Of a stretch of DNA of 64,000 nt, positions 47,475 through 55,838 are shown piece after piece. The stretch covers positions 36,045 to 100,044 of IMG/VR virus record IMGVR_UViG_3300037852_000055. One strand, given 5' to 3'. A program made the position numbers and the translations under genes. Each line of letters starts with the position of its first letter. Position 1 is the stretch's first letter. The DNA comes from a virus. Below the pieces are notes generated by a model that did not search any database, was not told the DNA's origin, and saw only the letters and a list, made by a program, of their open reading frames with translations.

Positions 47475-47650
47475 TAACAAAGCTTGTCATCCAAAAGACG
47501 TGCAGCCCAGTTCGTCCTGAGTCCGAACTATAAGCAGGTCTTAGGGTGACATGTAATTTCAGTAAATATCAATGGGGTATCCAAAGGAGAGCGATTAAAT
47601 CCGCATAGACTTCTTACGGATACCCCATTTTTGTGTTTTAAGGAGAGTTA

Positions 47651-48508
47651 ATGTCATCCCCAACAATTAATAGTACGCAGGCATTTGGCTCAACTTCCCT
47701 TGAAACCATTATGAACCTTGCGCGAAGTTTAGTGAACGACACACAGCCTGGCTCCCAAGGAATTGTTGGTGAGGGCCAGATCCTGGTGGATAACCCACAA
47801 ATTTCAGCTTTTACCCTACCGTTTCTTATGGCTTCTATCAGGGAAGTATATAGAGAGCTAAGGAATGTTGGAGATCCAGAACTTATTTTTGATAACGTAA
47901 TTATAGAGAACTTACCCATTGTAAATTCTCCTGTAAATGGCCCCGGCTCCAGTGACCCGGCAGTGCAGACAATTTTATCAACCAATGGGTACTTCGATGG
48001 TGTGCAACAGTGGCCTAATTTTTTACTTCCGGCAAACATGCTTTACCCAGAGAAGCTGTGGGAACGAGCCTCTGGTACTAACAATAATTTTCATGAGATG
48101 ACCCAAGTGCAAAGTGGTCTGCCTTCTAGAGCACAGCAGCCTGACTTAGTGCACTGGGAGTGGCGTAACAACAACCTTAATTTTTGTGGTGCTACACAGA
48201 ACAGGGACATTCGGATGAGATACTATGGTACTCTTCCAGTTCCCTATGGTACTACTTTGAATTTTGAAACAACCTATGTTCCAATTTTTGACTGCACGGA
48301 AGCGGTGGCATATAAAGTGGCTGTAAAGTATGCTCGTATGCTTGGGTCTCCTGGGTTACAAGACCTTGTAGGAGAAGCCAAGGAGCAGATGTTTCAACTA
48401 AAGAATCAAGTTACACGTAGAATGCAGTCCATTGATTACCACAGAATACCTTTTGGTAATTCCGATGGTGATATAAACAATGCTACTACCAATTTTGGTT
48501 TTTGGTAA
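47651..48508 (+). CDS. Probable head-tail adaptor
   Basis: Size and position; I...AR.L.ND N-terminal helix; AVAYKVA..Y C-terminal helix. Confidence 0.55.
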   Translation: MSSPTINSTQAFGSTSLETIMNLARSLVNDTQPGSQGIVGEGQILVDNPQISAFTLPFLMASIREVYRELRNVGDPELIFDNVIIENLPIVNSPVNGPGSSDPAVQTILSTNGYFDGVQQWPNFLLPANMLYPEKLWERASGTNNNFHEMTQVQSGLPSRAQQPDLVHWEWRNNNLNFCGATQNRDIRMRYYGTLPVPYGTTLNFETTYVPIFDCTEAVAYKVAVKYARMLGSPGLQDLVGEAKEQMFQLKNQVTRRMQSIDYHRIPFGNSDGDINNATTNFGFW

Positions 48509-48513
48509 ACCTT

Positions 48514-48609
48514 ATGTGGGTGCGTGTTTGTCCGGTCTGTGGAAGAGAACTTAGAAAAGAAAGCCTAGCAGAAACTTTGAAATGTTTCTGTGGATGGGTC
48601 TGGGGTTAA
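48514..48609 (+). CDS. 31-aa zinc-ribbon peptide
   Basis: CPVCG...CFCGW; fills the gap; no clear RBS. Confidence 0.35.
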   Translation: MWVRVCPVCGRELRKESLAETLKCFCGWVWG

Positions 48610-48612
48610 ACA

Positions 48613-50070
48613 ATGTTATTTAGATACGATGCATGGGTTAAGGCTGCAAACGGCCCAGCTGTTGCCGGAGCACAAGTGTATGTGCTGGGACAGCCTGCTA
48701 ATTTGAATAGTTCCCCATCTCCTTTGCTCTCAGTTTTTGCAGATGTGAACGGTTTGTTGCCCTTGTCGCAACCCTTGGTAACGGATGGTTTTGGTCATGT
48801 AGATTTCTACATCTCCGGTGGGCCATTTACAGTTGGCTCTTATTTTAATGGAGTACTACAGAATAGTTATGCTGATCAATACCCCATGGGGGCTTCTGTA
48901 AGCACCGCTATTCTTTTGGAAACCAACGGGACTACTAATCCTGTACAGAATGTACTGAATTTAGTAGCAGGAAGCAATGTTACTTTAGCTTCAGATAACA
49001 GCGGGGATGTAACTATATCTTCAGCACTAGGTACCTCTATACTGCTACAAACCAATGGGACTTCTAATGTTTCTCAAACAAAGCTAAATCTCGTAGCGGG
49101 GACTAATATTTCTCTAGCTTCTGACGGATCTGGTGATGTTACCATTACCAATAGTTTGTCTCCTTTGACTTTGCAGACTAACGGCACCAACAACACTTCT
49201 CAAGCAAAACTTAATTTAGTAGCTGGAACAAATGTTACTTTGTCTTCCGATGGCTCTGGTGATGTTACTATAAACTCTTCTGCTTCTTCTGGCCTCCCTT
49301 CATCTCCTCAAATTGGAGACACTATACGCTACAATGTGTATGGTAACAGTGTGTGGAATGCTACACAACAAGCATTCAGGGGTTCTGTTAGCTATTTTTA
49401 TGACCCATTGGGTGGTGGACATTATGTGTTCGGGGCTACAGAGACTACTATACTTTTAACAGCTACAGGATCTACAGCTATTGTATTTCCAAACGCCACA
49501 GACATTGCTGGACTTACTTACACTTCAGCGGCAACTTCTTCTGCAAGCACAGTGATAGGTGCTTCTTTAGGAACAGGGGCTAATTATGGGCAGTGGTCTT
49601 TTGGTAGTATATACCGTTGGTCAATAAAGTTTGCTGCTGCTGCCAGTGTAACCAACACTCGGTACTGGATGGGCACCACTGTATATAATACAGGAGGAAG
49701 TGGTGGAGAAACTTCCATATCTGGAGGAACTACTAGTTTTGCTTCTAATAACCCTAACAGATCAATGATTGGTTTTAGATATTCTAATGGAACAGATGCA
49801 CACTGGGTTGCAGTAACACAAGTTACAGGTGGAGCACAAACTATTGTTGATACAGGTGTTTCTGTGGATGCTAATTCTCATTTGTTTGAGTATGCATACA
49901 ATGGAGGTGCAGTAGGATTTTACATTGACGGGTCTTTGGTTGCTACTATAAATACTAATGTCCCAACCGCAGCGACTTTCCGTGTATATATGTTTTGGTG
50001 TGGGGATAACGAGGCAACAAACACTGCCGTTTCTGGAACAGACTATGGAATGGCTATATCAACCAAGTAA
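48613..50070 (+). CDS. Tail fibre/spike-like protein
   Basis: Three about 40-aa repeats L.TNGT.N..Q..LNLVAG.N..L.SD.SGDVTI; beta-rich C-terminal domain. Confidence 0.7.
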   Translation: MLFRYDAWVKAANGPAVAGAQVYVLGQPANLNSSPSPLLSVFADVNGLLPLSQPLVTDGFGHVDFYISGGPFTVGSYFNGVLQNSYADQYPMGASVSTAILLETNGTTNPVQNVLNLVAGSNVTLASDNSGDVTISSALGTSILLQTNGTSNVSQTKLNLVAGTNISLASDGSGDVTITNSLSPLTLQTNGTNNTSQAKLNLVAGTNVTLSSDGSGDVTINSSASSGLPSSPQIGDTIRYNVYGNSVWNATQQAFRGSVSYFYDPLGGGHYVFGATETTILLTATGSTAIVFPNATDIAGLTYTSAATSSASTVIGASLGTGANYGQWSFGSIYRWSIKFAAAASVTNTRYWMGTTVYNTGGSGGETSISGGTTSFASNNPNRSMIGFRYSNGTDAHWVAVTQVTGGAQTIVDTGVSVDANSHLFEYAYNGGAVGFYIDGSLVATINTNVPTAATFRVYMFWCGDNEATNTAVSGTDYGMAISTK

Positions 50071-50079
50071 AGGATACCT

Positions 50080-51489
50080 ATGGCAAAACTTTTTGTAGTA
50101 TTTCCTCCCGGCAATGGTAGTTCTAGTTTAGACACAATATATGCCAACGCAGATGGAGCAACCCTTAGCATTCCATGGTCAGCAGACAATGTAAGTGCTA
50201 CTTTAGGAGGCTGGGAAACTTCCAACGGAGGAGGCACAGCTAGTGCAGGGTATAATTATACTCAGATGGACGCAATCATTAACCGCCATTTGGGATACGG
50301 AGCAAAATCTATAGGTCTTATCTTGCAGCCTGTTACAGGCACTTCTCCCAACCAGTTTACACCAAATTATGTGTTTACTACAAATTGGTCTACAGCAATA
50401 GGATCACCTACTGGACAGCTATACACTGGGTCTAGTACTAATTACCCAGGTGCCGGAACTATTCCAAATAACACAGCGGCCCAGGGCGTGGATAATACTG
50501 CTTTTCCAATGTGTTTCCAAGCTCCTTTTTACACAGCATGGTTCAATGCCGTAACTGATGTTCTTAAGCACATTAAAAACTCTAGCTACGCAGGTCAAAT
50601 TGCCTATGTTAGAGTAGGGACAAGTACGGGCGGTGAAGCATGGATCTATGCCCTTGCAGCTATGGAGACTTTGTGTACTCCAGCTACTGTAGTTGGAGCT
50701 AGACATGCATGGGCAACTTATCGTTCATCACTGGAAAACATCATATTAGCCAATAAGGGGCCTATAAATGTTTTCATGTCCCTTAGCGGAGGGGCAACTG
50801 CTCCTATAAGTGTTCCATATTATTTTGCAGATGACCAAGCCTCTATTACCCTTGGTAATAACATGGGAATAAGTGAGTCTGGATTGCAAAACAATGACAT
50901 ACTTACCTACCAAAACAATGGAACTAATTCTGGCGGCAGTGCTCTTACAGGATTTTCTTCCAATGATTTTATATACAATTGGACAGCAGGAGGGGCTCCT
51001 ACAGGTGCTCCTGCATTCCTTTGTCAAACATATAAAGCCAGTGATCCAACATACCCTACAAACAGCATACCCCCTCGAAATACCATGGGATCGTTGGTTC
51101 CTCTGCTTCCTTTTGCAGTTAAGTTAGGTACTACTTATTTTGAACTGTACTATACAGACTGGCAAGTAGCCTATGATCCTACCAATGCCAATTATGCATT
51201 GTATAGTTCTACGTATATTAATCTATTTGACCAGATAAGGGAAGAAGTTGCCCCTAATACGGTGGTTGAACGAGATAAGTTTGGGGCTACGTTTGGGGTT
51301 GGAGATTACGTGGCTGTACGTTGTTTAGTGTCTAGCATTACTGCGGTACCTTCTAACGGTACAGGTGGGGCGGCTGATTTGGTAAATCTTACAGTGCAAA
51401 CTCCAGGTAATATTGGAGAACAGCAAGGAGTTACCCTTGTAGTCAGCCCTACACAATGTAAGAAAGCAGGATCAACAGAGCAAGCATAA
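50080..51489 (+). CDS. Virion protein, possibly glycoside-hydrolase-like, with C-terminal small beta domain
   Basis: I.W...E...YNY..MD...TP..V...GGE pattern; C-terminus similar to 55551-55769. Confidence 0.5.
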   Translation: MAKLFVVFPPGNGSSSLDTIYANADGATLSIPWSADNVSATLGGWETSNGGGTASAGYNYTQMDAIINRHLGYGAKSIGLILQPVTGTSPNQFTPNYVFTTNWSTAIGSPTGQLYTGSSTNYPGAGTIPNNTAAQGVDNTAFPMCFQAPFYTAWFNAVTDVLKHIKNSSYAGQIAYVRVGTSTGGEAWIYALAAMETLCTPATVVGARHAWATYRSSLENIILANKGPINVFMSLSGGATAPISVPYYFADDQASITLGNNMGISESGLQNNDILTYQNNGTNSGGSALTGFSSNDFIYNWTAGGAPTGAPAFLCQTYKASDPTYPTNSIPPRNTMGSLVPLLPFAVKLGTTYFELYYTDWQVAYDPTNANYALYSSTYINLFDQIREEVAPNTVVERDKFGATFGVGDYVAVRCLVSSITAVPSNGTGGAADLVNLTVQTPGNIGEQQGVTLVVSPTQCKKAGSTEQA

Positions 51490-52163
51490 TGAAAACCCTT
51501 ATTTCTGTCATTAGTTGCTTTTCTTTACGACACTGGCACGAAGCCATAAAAAGCACATGGCATAAAGATATACCCCACGAAGTGGATTGTAGGTTTTTCT
51601 TAGGTAATCAGAAGGGTTTTGCAGAGAAGGGTGAAGTGTTTTTAAACGTGGGGGATACTCTGCAAGATCTTTCTCATAAAACTGTAGCTACCTTTGGATG
51701 GGCATTGGAGTACGATTATGATTTTTGTCTAAAAATAGATCTAGACACACTAGTTAACCCTGTTTTGTTCTCCAAAAGTGGTTACGAAGACTATGATTGG
51801 GTAGGTGGGCAGAACAGTTTTTTTGCAAGTGGAGGAGCTGGATATTGTTTAAGCAAAAAAGCAATGAAGGCAGTTGTAGCCCACTTGATAGAGCCGGGGC
51901 CTGCTGAAGATGTTAATACAGCTCATGCACTTTTAGAAAAAGGCATAAAATTACATTCTGATAGTAGATATAAGTTTGTGCCTGGGGATAGATTGGAACC
52001 CAACACTATAACTTATCATTTATCTAGCGTTAAAGGGTGGGATCAAAAATCTACACCAGAGGAATTAGTAAAGGTTTATACAGAAGCTAAGAACGGTTTA
52101 TATGTACCACAAACCGCTGTTGTACCTATGACTAGAACGTGGAAAAGGCTCAGGAGACCATGA
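51489..52163 (+). CDS. Glycosyltransferase, GT31/Fringe-like
   Basis: AI..TW, KIDLDT, ASGGAGY.LS..AM, EDV. Confidence 0.8.
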   Translation: MKTLISVISCFSLRHWHEAIKSTWHKDIPHEVDCRFFLGNQKGFAEKGEVFLNVGDTLQDLSHKTVATFGWALEYDYDFCLKIDLDTLVNPVLFSKSGYEDYDWVGGQNSFFASGGAGYCLSKKAMKAVVAHLIEPGPAEDVNTAHALLEKGIKLHSDSRYKFVPGDRLEPNTITYHLSSVKGWDQKSTPEELVKVYTEAKNGLYVPQTAVVPMTRTWKRLRRP

Positions 52164-53023
52164 TGGATGCGTTAACTATTTTTGGGGGGCATGGATTTGT
52201 TGGTACTGCTTATACTAAGCAGTTTTATGACGCTGCCATCGGCAACATAGTAAGCGTGAATAGAAGAGATGATCACAAGATATACAGTGAAGATGTTTTG
52301 TATTTGCTATCTACTGTGCATAACTATCACATATTCAATGATCCACACTTAGACATAAACACAAACCTTAATACTCTTGTAACAATCTTAGAGAATTGGA
52401 AAGAGTATCAAGAAAAACAAGGGAAAAAAGGGGTGTTCAATTTTATTAGCTCGTGGTCAGTGTACGGGAACCAGGGGCTTGATGTAAAGGAAACTTCACA
52501 ATGTGATCCCCACGGTTGGTATATTATTACCAAGAGATGTGCTGAACAGTTACTTGTAGAGTATTGCGATACCTTTGGTTTACAGTATAGAATCTTAAGG
52601 TTAGGAAATGTAGTTGGGCTGGGGGATAAGAAAGTATCAGAAAAGAAGAATGTTCTACAGCACAATATAAACCTTCTTAAGAACAACAAGAATGTTGAGC
52701 TATATGGTACGGGTAGGTTTTACAGGGACTTTATTCATATAGAGGATGTTGTTAGGGCCATAGAGCTTGTAATGTGCAAAGGCAATGTCAATGAGGTATA
52801 TAACATTGGTAATGGGAAGCCTGCTAATTACTATATAGATCTTTTGCGATACATCAAGGGACAATTGGATTCCACAGGAGATATACTGCTTAAAGAGCCA
52901 ACGGAGTTTCAGAAGAAAGTGCCTGTTCAGAGTTTTTACATGGACAACACTAAGCTTAAAAATTTAGGGTATGTACCAGAGTACTTAGGAAATAAGTTAT
53001 ATGACTCCCTTATTAAAGGTTAG
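52160..53023 (+). CDS. NAD-dependent epimerase/dehydratase
   Basis: GGHGFVG, ISS.SVYG, YIITK, RDFIHIEDV, YNIG. Confidence 0.9.
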   Translation: MMDALTIFGGHGFVGTAYTKQFYDAAIGNIVSVNRRDDHKIYSEDVLYLLSTVHNYHIFNDPHLDINTNLNTLVTILENWKEYQEKQGKKGVFNFISSWSVYGNQGLDVKETSQCDPHGWYIITKRCAEQLLVEYCDTFGLQYRILRLGNVVGLGDKKVSEKKNVLQHNINLLKNNKNVELYGTGRFYRDFIHIEDVVRAIELVMCKGNVNEVYNIGNGKPANYYIDLLRYIKGQLDSTGDILLKEPTEFQKKVPVQSFYMDNTKLKNLGYVPEYLGNKLYDSLIKG

Positions 53024-53025
53024 AA

Positions 53026-54162
53026 ATGGATCGAACTCAGGATGTAATATTAGGAGTTCTTACTGGTCAGCAGTATTTATTTAAGTACCCCGGTATAGAA
53101 GCCTACGTGGAGAGCATAAGACGGTCTGGGTTTACAGGACGCAAAGTTATGTTGTCTTGGAACTTGAACCCAGCAACAAGAGAAACTTTTGTAAAGTATG
53201 GCTTTGAGGTAATAGACTTGTTGCCATGGCCACCAGAGAGTTTTTTCCACGCAAGGATGAGAGTCGCCTGGGAATACCTTAGAGATCACCATAAAGAGTT
53301 TAGATATGTTTTGTGGTTGGATATTAAGGACTTAGTACTACAGACAGATCCCAGCATTTGGCTGGAGAACCACATTAAAAACTACAAACTCATAGGCTCA
53401 ACAGAATGTGTTACGATTAAACAAGAAGAAACTAACCAGCTGTGGGCCAAGAGCATTCTTGGAGAAGACAAATACCAAGAAATAAAAAATGAGGAAGTGA
53501 TTAACGGAGGAACTTGGGCCGGGGATTCAGAGACAATGACAGAGGTTTTCCATCAAGTTCACTTAGGGTGTCAGACTTATAGTGGAGGATTTCCTCCATG
53601 CCAAATATGGATAAACTACGTAATGAGACAAAGCCCTTTTAAACAGGTTTTGCACATTCCCCGGTGGGCTGAGGGATTTGCGGCCTGTTTGCACCCTTGT
53701 TGGTCTCCTTGGCGCACTCCTTGCTGGCCCTATATGAGAGATCCACACCCAGTACTGCACTTGGACAGCTGCGTATTGTACCCAGGACTTGCTTTGAATC
53801 CAGATCACAGAATGCTGTCGTTTAATAACAGAGATAATTTTGAACGTGCATGGATACACAACAAAGGGATGCAGATTATAAAAGCCTCTTCAGGGTGTTT
53901 ACAAGGAATAGAGCTTATAGATACACCAAACAATAAACCTTTTTCTATAGTCCATGGGTATGATAGGGATTATAATACTAGAGAAATGTTTGAGTTTAAA
54001 TATAGGTTTCACAGAGATTTTGATTGGGAAGCTTTTAAAAGAGAAAAAGCGGAGTTAATGGCAAATGCTAGGCCAGAGTTTAGACGCTTGAGAGACCCAA
54101 AGATTTATGAGGAAATAAGGTCGGCAGCTGCAGCAGGAAGACCTTTAAGGCGCAAAATATGA
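53026..54162 (+). CDS. Putative glycosyltransferase (GT-A)
   Basis: VLWLDIKDLVLQTDP, INGG..AG, IVHGYDR. Confidence 0.65.
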   Translation: MDRTQDVILGVLTGQQYLFKYPGIEAYVESIRRSGFTGRKVMLSWNLNPATRETFVKYGFEVIDLLPWPPESFFHARMRVAWEYLRDHHKEFRYVLWLDIKDLVLQTDPSIWLENHIKNYKLIGSTECVTIKQEETNQLWAKSILGEDKYQEIKNEEVINGGTWAGDSETMTEVFHQVHLGCQTYSGGFPPCQIWINYVMRQSPFKQVLHIPRWAEGFAACLHPCWSPWRTPCWPYMRDPHPVLHLDSCVLYPGLALNPDHRMLSFNNRDNFERAWIHNKGMQIIKASSGCLQGIELIDTPNNKPFSIVHGYDRDYNTREMFEFKYRFHRDFDWEAFKREKAELMANARPEFRRLRDPKIYEEIRSAAAAGRPLRRKI

Positions 54163-54887
54163 AGGCACTAATAGCCATAGTAAACGCGCACTGCAGAGAA
54201 GAGTTCGCAGACACAGTGAGATCTACATGGGTTCCTAAAGTTCCAAACACAACGGATGTTAAGTTTTTTAGAGGCAGAGGAGCACAACGAGAGCCTAAAG
54301 AAGATGAAGTGTTCTTGGATTGTGATGACACCTATCTGGGGTTACCTGATAAAGTACGCTCTATTGTTCGTTGGGCGTATAACCATGGTTATGACTACGT
54401 TTTAAAGTGCGACGATGACGTAGTATTGAAGCCTGTGGAAATGTTGGTCTCTGGTTTTGATAGGCATGATTTTACAGGAAGTCAAGATCCTAAGGTTGTA
54501 TCTGGAGAAATAAGAACTCCTTGGGGTTTTTGTTATTGGCTGTCTAGAAAGGCCATGAAGTTAGTAGTGGATGCTCCTTTGCCTGGAGAGCCTGGAAGCA
54601 CACATTCTTATGTACACAACAACGATGAGGCTTGGGTTAGTACTGTACTTTATGTAAATGGCATTTTCTTGAACAATGACCAAAGGTACTTTTTGTACCG
54701 TGGTAAAGTAGACTGCCCACGTAAAGATAACCCCAGGGCTTTACGTAGACACAAAGAAAGACCATATCAAGAGCCTTATCCTGTGGGTACATTTGCATGG
54801 TGCCTTTACATAGACGCAGGTTTACACCATTTACCTGCTCACGTTATATTAACAGAGTTTAGAAAAATATTTGAAGAGAATAAATAA
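54159..54887 (+). CDS. Glycosyltransferase, GT31/Fringe-like
   Basis: VRSTW, D.Y..LP.K, KCDDD, G.CYWLSRKAM. Confidence 0.8.
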   Translation: MKALIAIVNAHCREEFADTVRSTWVPKVPNTTDVKFFRGRGAQREPKEDEVFLDCDDTYLGLPDKVRSIVRWAYNHGYDYVLKCDDDVVLKPVEMLVSGFDRHDFTGSQDPKVVSGEIRTPWGFCYWLSRKAMKLVVDAPLPGEPGSTHSYVHNNDEAWVSTVLYVNGIFLNNDQRYFLYRGKVDCPRKDNPRALRRHKERPYQEPYPVGTFAWCLYIDAGLHHLPAHVILTEFRKIFEENK

Positions 54888-54899
54888 GAGGCTCAGTGA

Positions 54900-55085
54900 A
54901 TGTCCACTATAGATATTATAAAGAAAAACAATGAGGAGCAGGTTCAGGAAAAACATGACTCAGCTCTAGAGTACATGGAAGAGCTAGAAAGAAAGCGTGT
55001 AGCTGCTGAGGGATATACAGACCCACACTTGGCGCTTTTCAAAGAGAAGCGCAAGAAGTATGCTATGCGTAATAAGAGATTCTAA
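54900..55085 (+). CDS. Hypothetical protein
   Basis: ORF track. Confidence 0.55.
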   Translation: MSTIDIIKKNNEEQVQEKHDSALEYMEELERKRVAAEGYTDPHLALFKEKRKKYAMRNKRF

Positions 55086-55163
55086 CTGAGCAATCAGTAG
55101 AACAACGACAACGTATCCGATAGGCTGGGTATACCCAAGCCGAGGCGGGGAAAAGAGAAAAGT

Positions 55164-55541
55164 ATGAGTTCAGTAAATGCATCAGTAACACTTTCAATCT
55201 TGTGTTTCCCAGACATTACCGGAGCCACTATTAAGGCTTGGCTGCTTGTAACAGTCAATTCTGGTACCTATGTAACTGGTGGCATTCCTTTTGGTTTGCT
55301 AGCTTTTGCAGATACACACACAGTGGATTTCAATGGATTCTTGGATTGTGCAGTTAAGTCTGAACTGCCTTTAGTTGTGGGTACTAGCGGAGAGTACACT
55401 TACCGCTACTCACCTTCAACTGACGGTCTGCAGATCCTAAAAAATGGAACAGAGATTGCAGCCGGGGCCATCCCAGCTGAAGTGTTGGCAGATGATATTA
55501 TTGCCCAAGCAACTTGGAATCGTACAACTGTTCTTGGATAA
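55164..55541 (+). CDS. Probable structural protein
   Basis: Y.TGG...Y.Y......LQI...G.E pattern. Confidence 0.55.
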   Translation: MSSVNASVTLSILCFPDITGATIKAWLLVTVNSGTYVTGGIPFGLLAFADTHTVDFNGFLDCAVKSELPLVVGTSGEYTYRYSPSTDGLQILKNGTEIAAGAIPAEVLADDIIAQATWNRTTVLG

Positions 55542-55550
55542 GGAGCACTA

Positions 55551-55769
55551 ATGGCGGTGATAGAGCGTGATAAATCTGGGGCACCATTCTCTGTAGGAAC
55601 CTATGTATATGTCCGTTGTTTGGTCACAGCCATAGAAACAGTGTCGGAGAATGGCACAGGTGGGGCAGCAGACTTCGTTACCTGCCTAGTTGATACCCCT
55701 GGTAATGTAGGAGAACAGGCTAATGTGTTTTTTGTAGTTAGCCCTGTTCAATGTAAGAAGTCTAGTTAA
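55551..55769 (+). CDS. Small beta-domain protein
   Basis: ERDKSGA.F.VG.YV.VRCLV...GTGGAAD; close to the C-terminus of 50080-51489. Confidence 0.7.
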   Translation: MAVIERDKSGAPFSVGTYVYVRCLVTAIETVSENGTGGAADFVTCLVDTPGNVGEQANVFFVVSPVQCKKSS

Positions 55770-55838
55770 ACACAGAATCTACTCTGGATAAGTAGAGATG
55801 GCCGTGAGAATCGGCCTACATTTTAGGAGGAGAACACA

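Noticed and set aside
34450-54162. Shared C-terminal LRR motif in portal, 43561, 45777 and glycosyltransferases as a virion-targeting signal
   Set aside because: In several cases it is simply the translation of the overlapping CTCAGGAG/CGGAG RBS of the next gene (e.g. about 44362, 52148).
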